In this document: in pieces, positions 8,788 through 18,067 of the stretch
Layout of the letters: every line of letters starts with the position of its first letter
Position numbering within the stretch: position 1 is the first letter of the stretch
Source of the DNA: a virus
IMG/VR virus record: IMGVR_UViG_3300049001_000029
Coordinates: 5,152 to 69,151 of that record
Strand: one strand, 5' to 3'
Length of the DNA stretch: 64,000 nt
The notes under the pieces: model-generated
What the model was told of the DNA's origin: nothing
Seen by the model: only the letters and a program-made list of their open reading frames with translations
Databases searched by the model: none
Position numbers and translations under genes: made by a program

Positions 8788-8833
8788 GGGTGCCACTGTG
8801 GCACCCTTATGAAGTGGTGCCACAGTGGCACCA
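8784..8833. promoter_or_regulatory. Two adjacent palindromes GGTGCCAC-W-GTGGCACC (operator pair)
   Basis: ATAAGGGTGCCAC-T-GTGGCACCCTTAT (8784-8810) and TGGTGCCAC-A-GTGGCACCA (8815-8833). Confidence 0.6.
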
Positions 8834-8867
8834 GTGGCGACCGTCACGTAGGCCAGGGTTTCCTCCC

Positions 8868-9110
8868 ATGATCCGCATGCCAAGGTCGTCCTGTGGTCCA
8901 CTCGCGCGGAACCTGCGCGATTCACCGGACTTGGCCAAGCTCTTCATCAGAGAGCACGTGCGCGACGGCAAGGGCAACTGCGCGGCGTGCGCCGACTTCA
9001 CAACCATCGCCTACCCCTGCCCCCTCGCCCAGATGGCCCTCAAGTCACTGAGCCCCATCGCCCGGTCACTGGCGGTCGGTTCCTTGAGTCGGTGGATGCA
9101 CCGTGGCTGA
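8868..9110 (+). CDS. Small H-CxxC-YPC metal-binding protein
   Basis: EHVRDGKGNCAACA....YPC, a motif type seen beside actinomycete XRE regulators. Confidence 0.55.
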   Translation: MIRMPRSSCGPLARNLRDSPDLAKLFIREHVRDGKGNCAACADFTTIAYPCPLAQMALKSLSPIARSLAVGSLSRWMHRG

Positions 9111-9819
9111 CCGCTGCGAGTGCGGGTTACCGCTCGACCCGCCTGAGGACCAGGACTACTGGTGGCCCACCATCGACGAGCCTGACCGCGACGTGCACAC
9201 CGTGACCCGCTACGGCGAGCACCCGACCTACCGGCGTGTGATTCGGGAAGAGCTCGGCTGGCGCGAGCGCGGGTGCTCCGTCGATGGCACCGGCACGCCG
9301 GGGCTGATCCAGTGGGAGCGGGTCGGTAGGTGCTGGGTGGGGCAGTCTCACCCGGTTGTCGCGGTGAAGGAAGGCTATCCCCCTCGTCGCCACCACGAGC
9401 CTGTAACGGCACGTACGGCTATGCCGATATCTGAGTGTTCAGCCCCCCGAGTAGAGGGACCCCCGGCCATGCGTGTCTACCGCCGTACCGTCCGGGGTGG
9501 TTTCTCCTACCGCGTCGGCCTGGTCTCGCTGGTGTTACTGTTGGCGGTCGGACTGCCGGGGGCGCTGGACAGCGACGCGGGCGCCGGGTTCCTGCTGTTC
9601 CTGGTACTGATCGCAGCCCCGGTCGCCGTGTTCCTGGCAGTGCGCCGTGTCGACCACCGCCTACACGCCGAGTTGGACCGAAAATGCTTGTGGTGCCGGG
9701 AAGCCGCGAAACAGTCCTACCGGCGCGAACTGCGGGACCAGCAACGCAAGGTCCGGGGGGTGTCGTGGGAGGATGCGTGTGCCGTCCACCAGGCGCGCGA
9801 GGCCCGAAAGGCTGCCTAA
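9103..9819 (+). CDS. Hypothetical membrane protein (possibly two fused genes)
   Basis: Long ORF, two TM segments in C-terminal half; possible internal start near 9469. Confidence 0.5.
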   Translation: MADRCECGLPLDPPEDQDYWWPTIDEPDRDVHTVTRYGEHPTYRRVIREELGWRERGCSVDGTGTPGLIQWERVGRCWVGQSHPVVAVKEGYPPRRHHEPVTARTAMPISECSAPRVEGPPAMRVYRRTVRGGFSYRVGLVSLVLLLAVGLPGALDSDAGAGFLLFLVLIAAPVAVFLAVRRVDHRLHAELDRKCLWCREAAKQSYRRELRDQQRKVRGVSWEDACAVHQAREARKAA

Positions 9820-9830
9820 GACGCGACGAA

Positions 9831-9878
9831 AAAAGCCCCCCGCTCTACCTGCTGCTGGGCAGGGGGCAGGGGGGCTTC
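9831..9878. terminator. Probable bidirectional terminator
   Basis: AAAGCCCCCC ... GGGGGGCTTC stem after the + strand block, A-run upstream. Confidence 0.6.
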
Positions 9879-10128
9879 TGGTACGTGATATGGTGTCCGA
9901 AGCATCACCTCAGATGCGACCAGATAGACAGAGTCAGGCTGGTAACCGAACTCAAGACCTTCGTGGTAGCCGAGATGCGGTCGCTCCAGCAAGCGGACGC
10001 ACCCCGGCTCCAAAAACAAGGTTTGACATGCCACAAGGCCCCAACCAGAGGTCGAGGCCTTGTGGCACCAGCTAGGACGTCAGGATCGCCGCGAGCTCAC
10101 CAACTTGACAGCGACCTGCCGCACGCAC

Positions 10129-10169
10129 GACACGAGGCCCGCGACGAAGATTGTCGCGGGCCTCGTGTC
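10129..10169 (-). terminator. Perfect 17-bp hairpin ending the late operon
   Basis: GACACGAGGCCCGCGAC-N7-GTCGCGGGCCTCGTGTC. Confidence 0.65.
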
Positions 10170-10205
10170 TGCCCACGTCCCCCACAAAAAGAGGGTTGTA
10201 GCTCG

Positions 10206-10463
10206 CTACCGGTAGATACAGAACTGTTCGTGTAGGTCCCGTTTCTGGTTGGCCTCGCGTAGTTGCCACCACCGGAATCTGATCAGCCAGCCACAGCCGG
10301 CGTGCCGTTTGCGGCACAGCAGGAACTCGCTGCTCGTCGAGTCGAGCTTCGGCAGTCCCCGGCACACGCCACGGTGGCGGTCCCGTTCGATCGCCGCACC
10401 CCTGCGGCTGAACGCATGCGAGGTCCAGCCACCGTCACATTCCAACCGGCGGACCAGGATCAC
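10206..10463 (-). CDS. Hypothetical protein
   Basis: GTGA overlap with upstream gene. Confidence 0.5.
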   Translation of the reverse strand: MILVRRLECDGGWTSHAFSRRGAAIERDRHRGVCRGLPKLDSTSSEFLLCRKRHAGCGWLIRFRWWQLREANQKRDLHEQFCIYR

Positions 10464-10771
10464 GAGGTGAAGTAGGGGGCGTATTGAGAGTTAATACCAC
10501 CGTTCATCTGCGCGGGGGTGTACTGCTCCCACACGCCAGCATTGAAGCCGAGCCAGTTGTTGGGCGCCACGGAGACCACCTGCTGATTGTCGTTGATGAT
10601 CACCTGAGCATTGCTGGTGAAACCAGTGTTCGGGTCAGCCTGTGTCTGTATGGTCACGCTAGCGCCAGCAAATGCGCCCTGCAACGCGGTGTTGAACGCA
10701 GACACGGTACCGCTGAACTGCACGAAGTTCTTGACCTTGGCTAGCTCGGAGGTGGGCAGAAACGCGGTCAT
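10460..10771 (-). CDS. Hypothetical virion-associated protein
   Basis: AGGAG RBS; last genes of tail operon. Confidence 0.6.
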   Translation of the reverse strand: MTAFLPTSELAKVKNFVQFSGTVSAFNTALQGAFAGASVTIQTQADPNTGFTSNAQVIINDNQQVVSVAPNNWLGFNAGVWEQYTPAQMNGGINSQYAPYFTS

Positions 10772-10779
10772 GGTGACTC

Positions 10780-13170
10780 CTATCCGATGGCGACGGTCGA
10801 CGTGGCGGTGGACGCCTCGGTGGTGATGACGGGTGGTTGGGCATAGATGGCAGTGTTTTTGACGGGGTTGCGGGTGTGGGCGGCGACCAGCAGCGTGGGC
10901 AGCGCCGCGTAGGGAACAGATAGCAGCCTTGGTGTGCCGGCGTGCGCAGCCACGGTGACGACTGGGATTCCCGCCGTGAGCGGTTTGGTGTAGACGAGTA
11001 GGAACCGCAGGCGGGAATACGCGGTGAGGTAGACCACACCGCCGAGGTGGAACTCGGCGTCGGACACCAGCAGGCCGACCGACACCATGTTCACGGCGGC
11101 GTCGATGACGATGATCGGTGTGACCGTCAACGTGCTCGACGCGCTCATAGCGGCCACGTCGCCGGTCACCGTGACCAGCGCGTTGTCTATGAGCTCGGAC
11201 TGAGCCGACATGAGCGTCGCGCCGAACAGGATGCGCTGTGCGAGCACGGCCAGGCTCGCCGTAGCGAACATGGGCGCCAGGGCTGACGTTGTGGCGAAGG
11301 CGTTGCTCGACAGGGCGGAACTCGCCGCCATGGCTACCGCGCCCACCGCTGTGTACAGCCCCTCGGCGGCCAACGAGCTCGTCGCGCTCATCGCTACCAG
11401 GCCGACCGCGTCGTAGCGTGCCGACGTGGACAGTGCTGATTGGGCGGCCAGCGATACAGCGCCGAACACACCACTAGCCGTGCTGGCCAGCAACGTGGAC
11501 ACGGCGCTCATAGCCACGCTGGCCACGCCGGTATAGATCGCGGAGCTGCCCAGCGACGTGCTCGCGGTCATGCTGACCGAGCTGACCGCAACGTAGGTGC
11601 CGGCCACGGTAAGACTCAAGGTCGCGCTGAGCACTGAGGCGGCGATGCCTGTGTAGCGGCCCTGAGCGGTCAAGCTCGCGGTCGCGCTCATAGCCACCGC
11701 CGCCGCACCTGTGTACAGCGCGGCCGAAATGAGCGAACTGCTCCCGGACATGGACACGGTGCCGGCCGTGTTGCCGGCGGTCATGGCCAGCAGGTTGGAC
11801 AGGGCGGCCATGGTGCATGCCGCCACGCCGGTGTACAGCGCGCTCAAGGACATGCTTGAGCTGCCGGCCATGGTCACAACACCCTGCGCGTCGTACCGAG
11901 CAGTGCTGGTCAACGAGCTGGCCGAGGCCATGGTGACTGCCGCGAACTGGATGCGGATGCCGGCCGAGACAAGGGCGGTAGCCGCGCTCATCGTGGCTGC
12001 CGCAACGCCCGTGTACACCACGCCGGACACCAGGGAGCTGGACGCGGACATAGTGCTGGCCGCGAACTGAGTCCACACAGCAGCCGTGGTTAGGGTGCTG
12101 GCGCCCGCCATCAGCACGGTCCCGAATTGGGTACGAACGCCAGCGCAGACCAGGCTACTGGCACCGGACATGGCGACCGTTGCTAGTCCGGCGTACAGGG
12201 CTGTGCTGGTCAGACTGGCAACGGTTGTCATGTTCACGGCAGCCACGCCCGTGTGGAGTGCCGTGCTGGTGAGGCTGCTGGCCGAGCTCATGGACACCGC
12301 GCCGACACCGACGTAGATAGCTCCGCTGACCAACGTGCTGACCGAGGCCATGGCGACCGCGCCCGTGACTAGTGCGCCCGCGCTCGCGGTCAAGGTCGCG
12401 CTCGCGGCCAGCGACACAGCACCGAACTGGGTCCACACCGCCGTGCTGACCAGCGAACTTGCGCCCGACATGGCCACCGCGCCCACCCCGACGTACAGGG
12501 CACCGGCCGTGAGGTCGGCAGACGCGCTCAAGGAAGCCGCTGAGATGCCCGTGTACAGCGCGGTGCTGGTCAGGCTGCTCGATGCGCTCATGCTGGCCGA
12601 GGCCACGCCCGTGTACGTGGGCGCCACGCTGAGCCCACTGGCCGCCGCCATGGTCACCGCGCCGAACTGGGTACGGGTACCGGCACTGGTCAAAGTGCTG
12701 GCCGAGGACATGACGACCGCGCCGGACTCGGTCTGGACGGCGCTGGTAGTGATGCCTGAACTCACGTCCATGGACACCACGCCGGGCTGCGTGCGGGTCG
12801 CGCCAGCGGTCAGACCTGAACTGGCGCCCATGGTCACGGCGCCGGACTGGGTCTGTACCGCCGACGTGGTCAAGCTCGACGCCGCGCTCATGCTCAAGGC
12901 CGCGACCGCCGTGTACAGGTCACCGGCCGCGAGCGTGGTGCCGGCCGCGAGCGTGACCTGTCCTTGAGCTGCGTACGTTGCGCCGGCAGTGATGGTGCTG
13001 GTCGCCGTGAGGGCTACCGCGCCGATGGTGGTGACGAACTCCGCGCCACTGGTGGTGAACGTGGTGACGCTGTCCGACATAGTGACAGCGCCGGACTGGG
13101 TGGCAGTACTTGACGCGACTGGTGGGCGTAGCTGAGCGTGGTTCGGTTGACTTCTGCCGAGACGAGCCAC
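10780..13170 (-). CDS. Tail-fibre-like protein with ~20-aa Ala/Ser/Thr repeats
   Basis: Tandem units like GAVTMSASSSLTSTALYTGV through most of 796 aa; in tail region. Confidence 0.65.
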   Translation of the reverse strand: MARLGRSQPNHAQLRPPVASSTATQSGAVTMSDSVTTFTTSGAEFVTTIGAVALTATSTITAGATYAAQGQVTLAAGTTLAAGDLYTAVAALSMSAASSLTTSAVQTQSGAVTMGASSGLTAGATRTQPGVVSMDVSSGITTSAVQTESGAVVMSSASTLTSAGTRTQFGAVTMAAASGLSVAPTYTGVASASMSASSSLTSTALYTGISAASLSASADLTAGALYVGVGAVAMSGASSLVSTAVWTQFGAVSLAASATLTASAGALVTGAVAMASVSTLVSGAIYVGVGAVSMSSASSLTSTALHTGVAAVNMTTVASLTSTALYAGLATVAMSGASSLVCAGVRTQFGTVLMAGASTLTTAAVWTQFAASTMSASSSLVSGVVYTGVAAATMSAATALVSAGIRIQFAAVTMASASSLTSTARYDAQGVVTMAGSSSMSLSALYTGVAACTMAALSNLLAMTAGNTAGTVSMSGSSSLISAALYTGAAAVAMSATASLTAQGRYTGIAASVLSATLSLTVAGTYVAVSSVSMTASTSLGSSAIYTGVASVAMSAVSTLLASTASGVFGAVSLAAQSALSTSARYDAVGLVAMSATSSLAAEGLYTAVGAVAMAASSALSSNAFATTSALAPMFATASLAVLAQRILFGATLMSAQSELIDNALVTVTGDVAAMSASSTLTVTPIIVIDAAVNMVSVGLLVSDAEFHLGGVVYLTAYSRLRFLLVYTKPLTAGIPVVTVAAHAGTPRLLSVPYAALPTLLVAAHTRNPVKNTAIYAQPPVITTEASTATSTVAIG

Positions 13171-13181
13171 GAATTAGCTCC

Positions 13182-13646
13182 CTACTCAGTCCAGCGAATT
13201 CCGAACGTCACGTTAACAGCTGCCGCTGCTGTACATCTAATTCGCCAGAACGCGGACGCGCCTACAGTCCATTCCATACCTAAGGATTCCTGGAATATCA
13301 GCCCCGACGTGGGGGGCACCCTATGGATTTCCACATCTGATGCGGTACCGGCACCCTCACTGGAACAGTTGTTCCCAACGGTGCACTGTGAGGCCAAGCT
13401 GTTGTCGCCATAGTTGGTTTTTGATGGAGTGAACGCGGATATAGTAGTGACCGCCGCTGAGAATCGACCTACCTCTATTTTGACTGGAGTCGAGGAAGAG
13501 GTTGTGCCGTCGAACTCTACCCACCACACGAGGGGAACGATGCCTGTGGTGGACGGAGTCTTTATTTCAGCGATAGTCTTTGCGGTTGCGGCGACCAGGG
13601 CGATAGCGTCCACGGACATGGCATAAATCGGCCTAGGTGCGGGCAC
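13182..13646 (-). CDS. Minor tail/structural protein
   Basis: AAGGAGG RBS; beta-rich; tail region. Confidence 0.55.
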   Translation of the reverse strand: MPAPRPIYAMSVDAIALVAATAKTIAEIKTPSTTGIVPLVWWVEFDGTTSSSTPVKIEVGRFSAAVTTISAFTPSKTNYGDNSLASQCTVGNNCSSEGAGTASDVEIHRVPPTSGLIFQESLGMEWTVGASAFWRIRCTAAAAVNVTFGIRWTE

Positions 13647-13655
13647 CGGGCCTCC

Positions 13656-14387
13656 TTAATAGTTAAAGGACCGCATCCGAGGTGAGATACTCGGGCTGAT
13701 AGGAGGGTAAAACCCATCAATCCACCAGGAATCCACCACCATCCATGCCGACGCGGCGGAGGCGGTGGCGCCAACGGCTGACACGGAACTAGGTTGCGTG
13801 GAAATGCAGATTCCGGTACAGAACGCACTTGTGGAAGTTGAGTTGATGAACTTTTGTTGATTTACCCAGGGCGCGGCCGGTCCGGTCAAGGTGGCATTGG
13901 CCGCTGATGAGTTCGTTGACATTATGTAGACACGCACGGCCAACCCGTTAGTTCGGATGGCGGGACTGAGCGTTCCACCCGAAGTGGGAGAAGTAGTCGA
14001 TGTAGACGACGATACCGCGCCTATAGTCGCCGCCAGCGACGTGCTAGACGCGCACCGCAGCGACACCGACGAACCCACCATGTGCCCGGAAGGGCCGGTC
14101 ACCGTCACCGTGCTGGATTCGGCACCCGAGGAATACTTGTAGTACACAGCGGCGACCACGTCAGAGAGAATCGCGGTGCTAGCCTTTAATACCGTCCACC
14201 CGGTAGGCGTAGTCCAACTGCCCGATGACGCGTCCGACGCCACCGCCAGGATAATCGGCTGGCCAACGGCGGTACCGGTAAAAAGCGGGACGGCGACCGT
14301 GGTCGTGGCGGCGGCCGTGTCCACCGCGCTGGTGATGCCACCGCCCACATATTCGACGGTCGCCACTGGCCATCTCCCCTCGCTCAA
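13656..14387 (-). CDS. Minor tail protein
   Basis: TTPTGWTVL...AAVYYK motif of actinophage tail beta-sandwich proteins; start uncertain. Confidence 0.55.
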   Translation of the reverse strand: MSEGRWPVATVEYVGGGITSAVDTAAATTTVAVPLFTGTAVGQPIILAVASDASSGSWTTPTGWTVLKASTAILSDVVAAVYYKYSSGAESSTVTVTGPSGHMVGSSVSLRCASSTSLAATIGAVSSSTSTTSPTSGGTLSPAIRTNGLAVRVYIMSTNSSAANATLTGPAAPWVNQQKFINSTSTSAFCTGICISTQPSSVSAVGATASAASAWMVVDSWWIDGFYPPISPSISPRMRSFNY

Positions 14388-14492
14388 TCAACTACTGATG
14401 ACTGGGCATGGCGGCTAGGTAGTGATTTCCACCGGCCTGCACGTCATGAGAACCACACGACTGGCGAACCAGAACGTTGTACCAACGTGATG

Positions 14493-14930
14493 TCATGAGA
14501 GCGACGGCGAAATCGAGGACGCAGGAAAGGTAATCGTGTCACCTGCTCCTAGAGTCTTAGACGCAATCAATGAGCCAAACCACTTACGCACCGGGGTCCC
14601 TGTGTTGTCCCAAATCTCAATACCGTAGACCGAAATAGCCGGCATGCCAGTAAAGGTCGCCACCCCCCCGCTGTTAGTTAGCGACCCAGTGGACGGCGTG
14701 CCAGTCGGCCAGAACGCACCCGAAGCCGGGATGCTAAACTGGGCGTAACTGCCGCCGGTGACCTCAGTACCGGCCGTGGTCGCGGTGCTGTTCGACGTGT
14801 TCGTGCCACTGGTGCCACTGATCAGCTTTAAGTGGCCAAGTCCACCGGTGGTATTGAAGGCAGTATAGGTGGAAACACCCAGCGACGCACCAATAATGTT
14901 GCCCGCTTCAACCGAAACGAGGTTAGCCAT
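14493..14930 (-). CDS. Phage tail-fibre-associated structural protein
   Basis: GTEVTGGSYA...KTLGAGDTITFPASSI motif common in siphovirus tail genes. Confidence 0.65.
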   Translation of the reverse strand: MANLVSVEAGNIIGASLGVSTYTAFNTTGGLGHLKLISGTSGTNTSNSTATTAGTEVTGGSYAQFSIPASGAFWPTGTPSTGSLTNSGGVATFTGMPAISVYGIEIWDNTGTPVRKWFGSLIASKTLGAGDTITFPASSISPSLS

Positions 14931-15151
14931 CAGGCATTCTCCCAATCACGAGTGAGGTGCGCGCGCAAGTCGTTGCCCTTGGCGCCATCGGCGTGCTCAA
15001 GCGCTTCGGTGCAGTGCTCGCAGCCCTTGACAATCTTGCAGCAGTCAAAATGGTAAGTAACGTCGTTGCCATCGGGCAGCGCAATGACATGTCTGGGGTG
15101 GTCATCGGTCTGGCCGCACGCCAGGCAGGTCCGTACAGGGTTGGTCATCAT
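14930..15151 (-). CDS. Small Cys/His-rich protein
   Basis: CLACGQTDDHPRH...HFDCC...CEHC. Confidence 0.6.
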   Translation of the reverse strand: MMTNPVRTCLACGQTDDHPRHVIALPDGNDVTYHFDCCKIVKGCEHCTEALEHADGAKGNDLRAHLTRDWENA

Positions 15152-15155
15152 TCTC

Positions 15156-15500
15156 CTATCGGGTTACTTCAGAACTGACCCGGACAGCGCCTTCGGCGAT
15201 GCGGGTTGGCGTCGAGTCAGGGTCATACAGATACAAGTCGTAGTAGCCGTTATTCCAGGTCCACGAGGCCGAATCAGCCGCTGGCAGCTGTAGGGTGACA
15301 CTGGTGCCTGATACAACAATGTTGTTGTTGTCGGCCGACCACTCATAGAACACGGGAACAGAGTGGGGGTAGCGGCGTATCTGGGCCTTTGCCGTCCAGC
15401 CGTCTACGGTGAGCGGATCACCGGAGCCGTCGAACACCGGAAACGTGAAGCTACACGTCTCACCCTGATTAATCGGTAGGTCATATTGGAGCGCGGCCAT
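15156..15500 (-). CDS. BppU/LtfC-like tail adaptor domain protein
   Basis: INQGETCSF...GWTAKAQIR...YYDLYL...RIAEGAVRV motif. Confidence 0.65.
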   Translation of the reverse strand: MAALQYDLPINQGETCSFTFPVFDGSGDPLTVDGWTAKAQIRRYPHSVPVFYEWSADNNNIVVSGTSVTLQLPAADSASWTWNNGYYDLYLYDPDSTPTRIAEGAVRVSSEVTR

Positions 15501-15541
15501 CTAGTACCAGCGCCCGCCGACAAGGAGCACAGCCCCGATGG

Positions 15542-15853
15542 TCACAGCCGCTCCCCTTCCGCGTGGACTTCGTGGCGGCCGTCGCCGTACACAGCCATCG
15601 GGGCAGTCGCCGGCCCAGGGGGGGACCGCTGCGCAGCAGCCGCGATCGGGGGCGCCATCGGCACGTTGGGGAGCCCGGCCAGTGAGGTGAGCACAGACAT
15701 CGCGGCAGCCCCCAGTGCAACCGTCAGGACGGACTGCCAGTTCGCGGCGATCACGTTGAACGACTGCGCCCCCCACACCGCGATCAACGTCTGCGCCGCC
15801 GTCTTCGCGGCTCTCTCGCCCAACGCGATCCAAAACGCCTTGCTGGTGATCAT
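15542..15853 (-). CDS. Holin (r1t-like)
   Basis: FWIALGERAAKTAAQTLIA...SVLTSLAG r1t-holin signature; near endolysin. Confidence 0.8.
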   Translation of the reverse strand: MITSKAFWIALGERAAKTAAQTLIAVWGAQSFNVIAANWQSVLTVALGAAAMSVLTSLAGLPNVPMAPPIAAAAQRSPPGPATAPMAVYGDGRHEVHAEGERL

Positions 15854-16089
15854 GGGGTCTCCTGCTTGATGGGGAGTTCCTTGAGGACGTACAGGTGCCA
15901 AGAAAGTGCGGCGCCGGCCACCGCGAACACCCACGGCCCGTTTCTGCCGAGCGGTTTCGTCCACGCCTGTAGTTCACGGGACAGCGTTGGGTGGCAGCGG
16001 TGTTTGTAGCCACGCAGTTCCAGGTAGCTGAACACCAGGGCTGATGACGCGAGCCAACACAACCAGGCATGTCGACATCGGCGGTTCAC
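15850..16089 (-). CDS. Small membrane protein of lysis cassette
   Basis: Two hydrophobic segments; coupled to endolysin stop and holin start. Confidence 0.55.
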   Translation of the reverse strand: MNRRCRHAWLCWLASSALVFSYLELRGYKHRCHPTLSRELQAWTKPLGRNGPWVFAVAGAALSWHLYVLKELPIKQETP

Positions 16090-16934
16090 TGAAACTTCGC
16101 GGACAGCTGCCGGATCACTTCGGTGGCGATACGGGAGACATCCGCATCGGAGATGGCGCCGAAGTCCCCAGCCTCGCCAACGGAGAACGAATCCAACTTC
16201 TGCAGAGACTGGTGGATTTCGACATTGTTCCGCAGTAGATACTGAAACATGTTGTAGGGGGTGTCCTGGTCGTCGGTCACTCCCCCACCCCAGGCCGGGA
16301 GCGGGCTGCACAGCTGGGCGTGCACATCCGACAGCATCTGAGACTCTTCCGGGGTCATATCGCCCGCTCCTAGCGGTTTCAGCATCCAATTCACGTCACA
16401 CGAGATACCGCCAACGGTGACAGTTCCCGACGGCCGGTTGTCTTGCCACAGTTGCGTGGCCGATCCCAGCACTGGTTGATGTCCGCACTGCCACCAGGCG
16501 ACGCCCCGTCCGGATGCGGTGCAGGCGTCGATGATTTCTATGAACCCGTACACGCCGGTTCGGGCATTGCCGAGTACGTGAATGAACCCGTCAATGTATT
16601 CGAGGGCAGTGGGGAGCTGGCCATCTGCGAGGTGGGTATCGACGGAGGCAAATACAATTCCGTCGTAACCGACCCACTGAGCTCCGGCGAGAGCACGGGT
16701 GGCGTACTCGACACCGGACAGGAAGCCGCCGGTGAAGTCGTTCGTGCCGATCTCGAAAACTAGGTAGACATCCACACCGGCACTGCGGAGCGCCAGGTAT
16801 TCGCCGGGGTCCACGTGCTTGGTGCCGAACTGTTCATTAGGGTCATCCACATAGCGGATGACAAACGTGTATCCATCAGCCAGGATCGTTGCGGTACCCG
16901 GTACGCCAGCTGAGTAGTCCAGTCCCCTATCCAC
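16086..16934 (-). CDS. Endolysin, DUF1906/Rv2525c-like glycoside hydrolase
   Basis: GLDYS, FVIRY, LVFE, FASVD, TGVYG, WQ, CDVN motifs; adjacent holin. Confidence 0.8.
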   Translation of the reverse strand: MDRGLDYSAGVPGTATILADGYTFVIRYVDDPNEQFGTKHVDPGEYLALRSAGVDVYLVFEIGTNDFTGGFLSGVEYATRALAGAQWVGYDGIVFASVDTHLADGQLPTALEYIDGFIHVLGNARTGVYGFIEIIDACTASGRGVAWWQCGHQPVLGSATQLWQDNRPSGTVTVGGISCDVNWMLKPLGAGDMTPEESQMLSDVHAQLCSPLPAWGGGVTDDQDTPYNMFQYLLRNNVEIHQSLQKLDSFSVGEAGDFGAISDADVSRIATEVIRQLSAKFQ

Positions 16935-17021
16935 CGAGCCTCCTGTTTACGGGAAGGGGCCGAGCCGCCCCTGGAAGGCAACAGGAGGAAACCTCCAGGG
17001 ACGGCTCGGTGTATCGGGGCG

Positions 17022-17402
17022 TTACTTCCGGCGCTTGCCGGAATCCGGGCCGGGAGCCGGGGCCGGCGGGACCAGCGCGGCGGCCGAGTCCACAGCGGTC
17101 TTCATGCTGTCGACCTGCGCCTGAAGACCGGAGATGTCCAGGGCCGGGTTCTGGTTCTGAAGAGCGGTGATCTCCGCCTGGATACCAGTAACCGCGCTGT
17201 TCAGGTCCGAGTTCTCATCGGACAGCGTCTGAGCGAGAGCGTCAAGGTCGGCCTGCTGTACAGCCACTTTTTCTCCTAATATGTTGATTGACTCTTCCTG
17301 GTCCAAAATGTAGGACCAGATTTCATCCAGGTTCCGGCGCAGCTCTGAGCGCGTGACCAGTTCCCAGTCTTCGGGGTTGAACGGTCTTTCGGGTTGAGCC
17401 AT
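17022..17402 (-). CDS. Coiled-coil hypothetical protein
   Basis: AGGAGAG RBS; heptad-like DLDALAQTL...IQAEITAL. Confidence 0.55.
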   Translation of the reverse strand: MAQPERPFNPEDWELVTRSELRRNLDEIWSYILDQEESINILGEKVAVQQADLDALAQTLSDENSDLNSAVTGIQAEITALQNQNPALDISGLQAQVDSMKTAVDSAAALVPPAPAPGPDSGKRRK

Positions 17403-17410
17403 GGGCTCTC

Positions 17411-18067
17411 CTAGTTCGTGTTACTACTGCCGACCAGGTCAGAGACGACCATGATTTGGTTGAGATAGTTGTGGTGTGCGGCGTCTAGGGTTCCGCCGCA
17501 GGTCACGAGCGTCAGTCGTGGTGTCGGAAAATCGCCCCACACCGTTGACGCCGGGAACGCGGTTTTCTTCGGCGCCAACGTTTCGGTCACCTTGAAAACC
17601 TGCGTAATGTTGTCGGCTAGGTCGACGTCGATTTCGTCGCCGACTTTCACGTTGAAATGCACATCGCCGGTGCCGCTGACTTTGGCCAATGAATAGAAGC
17701 CGCCCCGGTGGCCGCCACCGTTGACATGACTGACGATGACGGAGCCGCCCGGTTGACCCGGTGAGGGCTGCCCACACTTGGGTAGACCGTTGGGGCAGTA
17801 CCACCCATACCTGGCCGGAGATTTGACGTCAGGCACCTGCATGGTGCCGTCGGACGCCAACCCCAACGGCTCAAACGGTTCGTTCGACAGTTTTTTCGAG
17901 TCGAGACCGATCGACGGTATCCGCAGCCCCGTTGGGGCTGGTGTCGCCGAAGCCGGTTTCGGTGCCAGCCCCGGCCGCAGGGTGGCCGGGTTCGACACCC
18001 CGGCCGGCCCGCAGCCGCCCAGACAAGCCACGACAGCGGCAACCGCTATCGCAACCCGGAATGTCAC
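17411..18067 (-). CDS. Class F sortase (lipoprotein-type N-terminus)
   Basis: LGGC lipobox; PTGLRIPSIG, GWY, PGQPG.SVIVSHVN (His), RLTLVTCGG (Cys), Y..N; GTG overlapping upstream stop. Confidence 0.85.
   Translation of the reverse strand: MTFRVAIAVAAVVACLGGCGPAGVSNPATLRPGLAPKPASATPAPTGLRIPSIGLDSKKLSNEPFEPLGLASDGTMQVPDVKSPARYGWYCPNGLPKCGQPSPGQPGGSVIVSHVNGGGHRGGFYSLAKVSGTGDVHFNVKVGDEIDVDLADNITQVFKVTETLAPKKTAFPASTVWGDFPTPRLTLVTCGGTLDAAHHNYLNQIMVVSDLVGSSNTN

Noticed and set aside
11047-12967. Long + strand ORFs opposite tail genes (also 26330-30796 and many others in the track)
   Set aside because: Antisense shadows expected in high-GC coding DNA; no RBS or motifs
10780-13170. Diversity-generating retroelement target
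   Set aside because: No reverse transcriptase and no adenine-specific TR/VR pair seen
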